Shown in pieces: positions 54,001 to 63,000 of a DNA stretch of 64,000 nt (position 1 is the first letter of the stretch; each line of letters starts with the position of its first letter). The DNA comes from Candidatus Omnitrophota bacterium (GTDB taxonomy: Bacteria; Omnitrophota; Gorgyraeia; JAFGHF01): assembly GCA_020341815.1 (NCBI GenBank), contig CP070837.1, forward strand, positions 1,172,575-1,236,574. Reading direction: 5' to 3'. Position numbers and translations under genes: made by a program. Below the pieces are notes generated by a model. It did no database searches and had not been told where the DNA came from. It saw only the letters and a program-made list of their open reading frames with translations.

Positions 54001-57000
54001 CCGCTGTAAAAAAGCATGGGGGGTCCTCAAGACAATAATTGAGTACGAAAAGGAGAAGCAGACCTTTAAGTTTGGCAGAGAAGATAAGACAAAACAGACA
54101 CATTCTCAAGACAAGCGCAGCATAAAACCGTTAAGCAGGGGCGGCTTTGAGGCGAGCCTCTCTATTATCGAGGCCTATCAGCATTATCGCAGAAGAAATC
54201 CCGATAGCGCCGGTTTAAACAACGGGCAGTTAATGGAATTAGCCATAGACCTCTTCAGGAGCAATGAGATAGAGACCTGCGGTATTTCGGGAGTAGGCGC
54301 TCATAGAATAATTTATCCTGCGGATATGGTGCATATGCAGGAGGCGCTTCTTCTGTTGGGTTATGACAGCGCTTTGCCCGAGATGATTAATAAGTGTTTA
54401 TCACGCGAATTGACGCTCCCCAATTTTATTACGGAAAGAAAAGTCGGTGCGGATATGGGAGTGGTTAAGGCAAGCAATGAGAATGAACGCATTCTGCCCG
54501 GCCAGTCAATACCTGTTACCATTCGTCATTTAAATAGCTTGGAGGAAAGCTTAAAGAAGGACCATTCTTTAGAGCAGGATACAAATAGTAACTTGAAGGC
54601 CTCAGGCTATAAGCCGAGGTTCTTTTTACCCTTGAACGCATTAACTATTATATTCCTGGTTGTTCTTGCCCTGATTGCCCTGCTGCTTTCTATATCTATG
54701 CCTTGCGTTGCAACCTGGTATATTTACAGATTTCAGTTGAAAAAATGCGCCAAAGGAATCTCCGGAGGCAAGCGTGTTTTTGACAACGAGCATTTAAAGC
54801 GCTCCCATAAATTTTATTTAGACACTATCCTTAAACTAAACAAAAAGCGCTTTGCCCGCCGTTCCGACCTCAGCACTCTTGGAGGAATGATATTCTGGCA
54901 GTTTGTCTTTATTGCCGCGGTGCTTAAGTGGATAGATCTGTCCGGAAATGAGCAATACGAGGCACATTTAGAGAACTTCGTAATTGCGCTGCATAATTAC
55001 CTGGGAGAAAAGTTTGCTGAGCAGAAAGACGAATGGATTTGCGTAAAGCTCGAAGGCCGTTTGCAGGAATATGCCGAAGAAATAATAAGGCATCTCGACC
55101 CGGATAATTTACAATTACATCAGGCCCAGGCCGTTATCGATAGACTGAATATAGCCGGCTCCTATATTGAAATTAAAGCAAGTTCGCCGCTATTAACCCT
55201 CCATCCAGATTTTGTAAATAAAATCAACGAATTTAGCAAAAAGAATATCTCTTCAGTCCATCCTTTGCTTAAACTCCCGAGTATATTTTTAGTTCCTTTT
55301 ATCTTCTATAGTCTAATTGTTATAACTTCAATGGTGGCACATCACGCCCCTCAGGACTTGGTGGCAAAGACGCTATGGCTGGCTTTTGCCCAGGCAATAA
55401 AAGGCGTGAGTATTTTCTGGCCGATTCTTTTCGGAATACTTTTATCGGCGGCCTTTTCAGCCTTTGTCTTTCATTGGCTGAAGGGCTTAAGAAGAAGCAG
55501 CCGCTTTGACGGGGTTCTTAATCTTGTTTTAGGTATCGGGTGTTTAAGCCTTCCTTTGATTGCTGCGGGCCTGGTTTTGAAGCTGACCGGTTTGGTTTTG
55601 CTTGCCTTGGCTTCCGGCGCAGTAACTCTGTCGGTTTTAGCGGAGATTCACTGGTGGGTTACCCGTAAAAGGCATAGCCGTATTGTCAGCGCCTGCCTGG
55701 GAGGGGTATTTGCTGCCCTTGCATTTATCGTAGGCTTCTCTGTTGAGTCGGCCACATTCCCGCTGCTTGCCCTTAAAGAGGTAGTAGTCTTTATTCTCTC
55801 TCTGGAGGCCTTGGCCCTATTATGGTCGCGGGCTCTCTCCTGCTGGCCTCTGCCTCTTGTGCCTGTGTTAACGACACTCTTTAAGTTTGTCGTTTATACG
55901 CCTTTTGCTATAATCGGGATGTTTCCTATCTTTGGGCATCTTACCGAAATAAGGATGCGCCTGAAGAGCTGGTGGCGGGACATGATTTCCTCTTTTTATA
56001 ATCCTTCGGACAATGAGCCGCATTCGGCAATAGGCATGTCCCTCCATTATTATTTCCGTCCGACTATTTTGATAGGAAGGGCCCGTAAGCACATTGTCTT
56101 CTTGCTTGCCACTGTTATAAGTTTCGGTTTGATGCATTTCTTTGGCGCGGAGTTCAGCCTGTTTTTCTGGTTTACAAACCGTTTAGGGGCCGGCGAACTG
56201 TATAAAGTTATTACGGGTTCTGCAATATTTGTTATGTTTGCAGAATACCTGCTTTTATTCTCTTTGTTTATGGGCCTGATGAATATGTTGGCCGTGATAG
56301 TTGTTTGCACAAAGTTTATAGTCTGGTCAGTGATTATGTTTCCTGCTTTGCGGCTGGCCTGGGATAAGCTGGGCCTGGGGCATATAATTATTGGCCAGTG
56401 GTTTTTTGTCTGGGAGGCAAACTGGGCGACTATTCGCATATCTACAAACGGCACGCAGGGCTTCTGGAAAGGAATAAAGCTGTGGGGCTGGGGCGAGCTT
56501 GACAGGGTCGATAATAGTAAGAAATATTTAGCAAGCTACTTTGGAAACCAGGCGCTGTCTTCACAGAAGCTTTTAGCAACATATATGTTTGAGGTTATGG
56601 TGAACGAGGGTAGCCCTGAGGAAGCACGTGAAGAGGCAATTCGGGTAGCGTTAGAAGATATGGGAGGATGGTTTAAGGTCTTCAGGCAGAACAGATTTGC
56701 GCCTTTTAAGAATATTTATGAGGAGCTAAAACGGGCCTGTCCCGACAGATTTACGCATACAAACTTTACCGAAAAAGAGGCAAAGGATGTTTTAACGGCT
56801 TTCTTCAAAGCTGAATTGGACAATGTAAATGACCATGAGAGCGAAACCGTAGATTTCGATTTCCCTGCAGGAATTGGCCATTCCTTATTTATTCTGGAAG
56901 ATTTGGAAAAGCTTAGAGAGCGTCCGGACTTTCCATTGATTGTCGCAGGATTTAAGCTGCACTGGCGTATGGGTGAGGCTTATAAAGCCGGGGGAAGCAT

Positions 57001-60000
57001 AGAGGTAACCTTTAACCTTGCAAACAAGATGCGCGAGGCCAAAAGGATAGGAATTGCCCACAGGATTATTCTGGATATAGGCCGTAACAACCTTAAAAAG
57101 GATAAAGGTCCCACTGACCCTATGGCTTTGCTTCAATGGCAGAAGGAATTAGAGAGGTTGAAGCAGGAAATAGTTGCAGAACGTCGCAAGAATCCTAACC
57201 CTTCAAAAAATAAAGCCTTGAAGAAGCTCACTGGTGATGCAATTGAATTTCTTTCTCTGGTGGCCGACGATAGAGAAAGAATCTATTTTGCCCGCAGGAT
57301 TGAGGAAGAGACGGGCGTTGAATCTTATCATGCGCATACCAAGACCGCGATAGGGCAGAAAGGCGGCGGCCAGCTTTATGGTTATTATCATATGTGTGGC
57401 TATGATGACTCTCATGTGTTCAGTTACGAGGTTAACGATCAGAATAGCACCACTCAGGATGTGCGCAAATGGGCCCGCGGCGTGCAGAGGATTATAGCGG
57501 CTTACGATTGCGATAATCCTATCAGTATCGATATAAATATGCGTAGCCACAATCGCACTGCGGAAGATTTCCATAGCTACTCCGATACCACAAATCTTAT
57601 AGAGCAGGGCGCTTGCCTGATGGCAGAGGCCTTAAACCATATATGGGGGCCTGGTTGGAACTCCAAGACCCTGGTCTTATTTGAGGAGCTTCTCACGGCC
57701 ATAAGTTATCGGGACTTTCCGGTTATGCCCTTTACTAATGCGACTCCCCTGCGCGGTGGGGTGTTCAAGCGTCTATGGGCCAGGCTCTTTGGCGGCCTGA
57801 GCGCTCCTTTTATGCTCCCTGATATCAGCGAAGATAATGCGACCCTGTTGAGTAATATACATACCGCCGCTGCCTTGGGATACAAACCCAAGGTAAAGAC
57901 GTCTGAAGAGGACGGAGAAAGAGCGCGCGGTGAGTTGAATGACGTCCGGGAAATCTTTACCCGTTTCCGCTGGTCTGAAGGCAGGGCGCAGATGGAGAAA
58001 TGCCCGCAGTTAATACACCAGATGGCCTTCAGTTTTCTTCCTTTATGCGAGAGACTTTCTTATGAGATTATCGGCTGGATTTATCAGGGAAATCATATAT
58101 CAATGCTTGCCAATATTATCCTGCCTTTTCTTATCTATTGGGACCTTAATTGCTTCCGTGGAGCCTTAGCTGCCTTATGGTTCTTGGGCCTCTTTGCCAA
58201 TCAGGTTCTTACCCTTGCTGCCCTTATCGTATGCGTGCGGAATAAGGGCTTAAGCCCGTTACAGTCTTTATTAATAGGGGCAGCCAGCTTTTTCTGCGTT
58301 GCTAAGATGTATAGCCTGTGTCTGGCAGGCCCTCCGGCTTTAGCTATACTTATCTACGGCGGCATTAATCTCGGCATTAATATCTGGCTGTCCAACCGTA
58401 TCCGCGATGCCTATTTGTTTGCCCCGGGAGTAACCCTGGAGTTCTGCGCTCAGCAGAGGAATAATTTCGTCGGCTCAGACTTAGTCTTTAGAATCTCCGG
58501 TGCAGGAAATTACGCTACCCGGCCGGATGTTGCCGCAGGCATATTATATAAGCCTGATGCTAAAGCATGGGTTGCTAAGGCTCCGGAGGTGTTAAGAGAC
58601 AAGAAGGGCAAATTTTACCGTATGGTTACTTGGCTTTGGAAGAAGGCTGCCGTAATATGTATTTCCTTATTATTCCATCTGGATTTAATTTCCTGGCCTA
58701 TTTTCAATAAATTTAGCTGGATAAAGGCATTCTATTCAAAAGAGAATATGGGATATTGGGACAAGGAAAAGGAAGACTGGATACAGGGAAAATTGGGAGG
58801 GGTTCAAGAGGTGCTCAAGTATCAGTTTATTAGCAAGTGGGATGATAAACCTAAAGACCCCCGCAAGTTCAGGCATAAGCTTAGCTTTATGGATACGCCA
58901 ATGAACAATGCTGTGGCAATAGGCCTGTTTGCTGCCTGCTGGTATATCCTGTTTATGATGCGGCTTAATCTTTCACACTTTGTTTTGATTGCAACTGCCA
59001 TAATCTTTTCTCAAGGCCAGGCCTTTGGTGCCTTCCTTTGTAAGCAGAAAATCGGCAAAGCCAGGGGCCTCAGCGTTATCGTTGACGGTATAATGAGCTT
59101 CTTCGGCTTTCTCCTGGGAATCGGCGCATTGCTGCTTTTTGTCAGCAGGTCTTATCCCGGATTTAAGGTTCCTCTTCCTTTTATAGGTTTGGTGAGTCCT
59201 AATATTGCGCTTCTGTTAACCCTTGTCTTTGTCGGATGTCCATTTATAGTGAACGGGACATACCTGCGCATTGTCCATACTTGGCTTTATTTCCGTAAGC
59301 GTAACCTGAAATCCCTAACTATAGATGACTTGCAAAGAGTAAAGCTGGCGGGTGTAGAGTTGTACACCGGCTATCTTGCCCGCTGGAGCCAGTGCCTGTT
59401 TAGGCACTTTATATGGTCGTTACTGCTCTGCTCGCCATTGGTGTATATCTCCCGCCAGCCGGAATATACATTCATTCAGGGCAAAATAAAGCATATTCTC
59501 ATTGTAGACTATTTCGTTTATAAATATATCTTTTTGGTGGGAGGACTTATCCTTTCTCTCATTTTGTTAGCCAAATTCAGCAATGGAATTGCGAAAAGGT
59601 TCTGGGCTTATAGAGCCTTAAGCGCACAGCGTATTTACCTTAATAAGGAGGCGCAACTTCAGAAAGAGATTAGGCGGGAATTAGAGTCTACCCGTTGCGG
59701 GTTGGATAACGCCTTGACAAAAGCGCAGTGGAATAGGGTAAAGAAACTAATTGCGGAGATAGAATATAAGGTTAGTCCTTATTGGGCTTGCATAGATAAG
59801 AGCGTGTCTTTCGTTCTTTACCTCCTGGCTGCGGCAGAGCTCGTTTTTGCCGGCTTAACCTTTACCTTTATGGCGCTAACTGCCCTTTTATCATTATGGA
59901 CGATTCTGCCCATTATTCCAGAGGTTGCAAGAGACGCTATTACAACTATAGGTAATAGTACTGATTGGATAAAAGCAAAGATGCCAAAGAAGTTTTCCTC

Positions 60001-63000
60001 CCCGATTATTTTACTTATGGCGGCATCAATCACATTGCTCTGGGCCTCATCTGCTTTTGCTGCAGAGGCGGTTGTTGATACCGCGATTCTTGCAGGCATT
60101 GCGGGAGCACTTCCAGAGATAATTTTAGCTATGATGATAATTGTAGCGGCATTTTACATTATTCTTTATGCTCTTCCTGGGTGCGAATTTTATGGCGCAG
60201 GCAAGCTGAGAAAATTATTCTCTAAACTTAATCCTTATTTAAGCCCTGTTATCAGGCGAATTAGAAGTTCAATCTTTCTTTCCACCTTGACTTTTCTAAT
60301 TTTCTTGCCCGGGAAAACTTGGGCTCAGGAAACAGCAGTAGATGTGTTATTCGATTGGATATGGCCTATTATAAAATGGGGAAGTATGGCATTCGTAGCA
60401 TTTATTATTTTGTTCTTAATAATGGTATTAATACTGTATGAAATAGATAAAAGATATATGGCTCGCCTGAAGATAGAGAACCCGCAGCTCTGGGCCTATA
60501 AAAAAGTTGTGAGATCATTCGAAGCTATTAGGCATTCAGAACAGAAGTTTTTCGAGGCATTAAAGAAAGTGAGGAAGGAGGAGCGAGAACATGCTTACAA
60601 ATGGGTAAGCTATAGCACTGAGCAGGGATGTGAGGACTCGGAGAGCACACCTTGGGACTATAATGCTGACGTCATTAAGTCAGAGCTACAAAATATCAGA
60701 GAAAAAAGGAAGGAAATAGAGGAACTTTCTCTGCAATATTTCCCGGACATATATTATGCATCACAGATAGAACGAATGGAAAGTGAGATACCTCAGCTGG
60801 GCAAATTTATAGAGGAGTTGAATAAAAAGAAGCCTGCACTGGAAGAGCTATTAGATAATCTAGAAAAAGGAAAATGCCCAAAATATAAGCGTTATGATTG
60901 GAAAAAGCAAAGAGAGGTATATGAAGATATATATATGCCCTTCCAGATACAAGGAGTAATAAAGTCCATAAAAGAATGTCTGGAAGGAATTGCCGATAGG
61001 GAAAAGATTTTGAATAAATTAAAGGTAAAAAAGGAAAACTTCAAAAGAAAGCTTGAGGAATATTGGCAGGATAATCCGGACAAGAGTTTTTACGATGAGC
61101 ATATAGAGGAGATATTGGAATTGAATAAACATCATCTGCATAGCAGCCATCCTGACGATTACAGGCCTGAATATCACGGGACAAGGTATGATTTACTCAG
61201 CAGAGTAAAGACTTTCGCCAAAAAGAGCTCCGATAATGGCCCCAATTTTTCCTCTCCCATTATTGAAAGAGTCTCTTCATCTATCTTGCACCATGGCTTA
61301 ATTGCAAGCTCATCTATAGGAAAGATATTTCTTGTATTAACTGCGGCAGTTTTTTACATTTTATACAAAATAGTTAAACACAGCCTCGATAAGCAATATT
61401 CCTTTTCGGAGGAAGAGCAAGAAATAGTAAAGAATATTGCTGCTCAGATGGAAAGTTTAAGATATAAGAGTTCCCGTACCTTATGTTTCGCTAAGGAGCT
61501 TGTCGATATTTTAGGGATAGATTTAATAAATGAAGTAAGAACGAAATATCAAGATGCGAAAAACAAAAATAATATAGAAGATGAATGTAAAATAATAAAA
61601 CTTTTAGCTAAAAATATCGTTGAGAAATTTGAATATCATAATGGCGTGTTTGAATTAGGTACGATTATTGAGATAGGGAAAGCTAGTTGTTTAGGGTTTA
61701 CTCAGGTATATTTTGTGTTAGATGATTATATTGGTTTTTCTATTGAACCAATTCATGTTGTTAAAAGCTTTCATAGAAAAGGCGGCAGAATTGCACATGC
61801 AGCTTCTTTGTTTACGTTATCTAATGGGCAAAAAGTAATGGTTGATGGAACGCCGCGCACTTTTCTTGTGGGAGATAGATTTGGATTAGAAGAGTATTTT
61901 AATAAAAAAGGTCTTTATTATAAGGTAAAACAGGGCAGGCAAGGAATTTATCATATAAAATTTAGAATACTTGATAAAGATAGCTTATCAGCAATGGTAT
62001 ATAATAATATGGGAGTGGCTTTTAATGATAGAAGAGAATACCAAAAGGCAATAAAATATTTTAAGATAACTATTGGGATAGACAACAGAAGCCGGAGCGC
62101 ATATTATAATTTGGGGTATACGTATCAGCAGTTAAAGAAATTTGAAAAGGCCATTGAATATTATAAAAAAGCTATAGAAATAGACCCAGAGTTTGATTCC
62201 GCTTATTATTGTATAGGAGTTTCTTTGGCTAATATTTGTGTTATATCGGGAAGATATAATCCAGAGATTGAGTATTATTTTAACAAGGCCATAGAGTTGA
62301 ACCCGTCATCACACAAAAACGAGGCAACGGAAATATTGGATGATGTCCGCAGAAGGTTATTCAACTCCTCAAGCCCCACAACCTCCAGCAGCCCTGTTAC
62401 TTCATTAGAGAGGTGTCTAAGGGAAGCCGAGGAACTTTATAGAAAGGCTCAAAGCAAAGAAGATATAAAGGAAATGGCAAAGAAATATCAAACAGCGATA
62501 GACACGATAGAAGATTATCAAAAGCCACATGATTCTTCCCTAAAGCAATATTTGAAAATAGCTAAGCTCGGAAAGCGAAGAGCAGGGGCATTATTAAATT
62601 GTTTTGATGAAAAAGTGGAAATTTTAGATGCGCAAGGTAACCCAACGGGTAGAAACATAACAGTATTTAAGGCACATAGGCAAGATTTCGGCGAAGTGCA
62701 TGGAGCTGTAGGCCTTGAGATAGGAAGCCTAACAGGAAAAAGGTCCCTTGGGCAGGTAAGAGCAGAGGATAAACTTGTATTTCCCGGAAGGGTTACTGTT
62801 GCCGCTTGCGGGCAGATCGATGCGGGAAAAACTCCGGAAGAAGCAATAGAGGAAGAAATAGAGGAAGAAATAGGGGTAGGCGACTTTCGTTTAAAGTTAA
62901 AAGCCGAACAATTGATAAAAATAGGACGATTTGACTTATTTTTAGGTAAATACGATTTTGTTTATTTAAACAAACAAGAGAAAATTAAGTTAATAAATAT

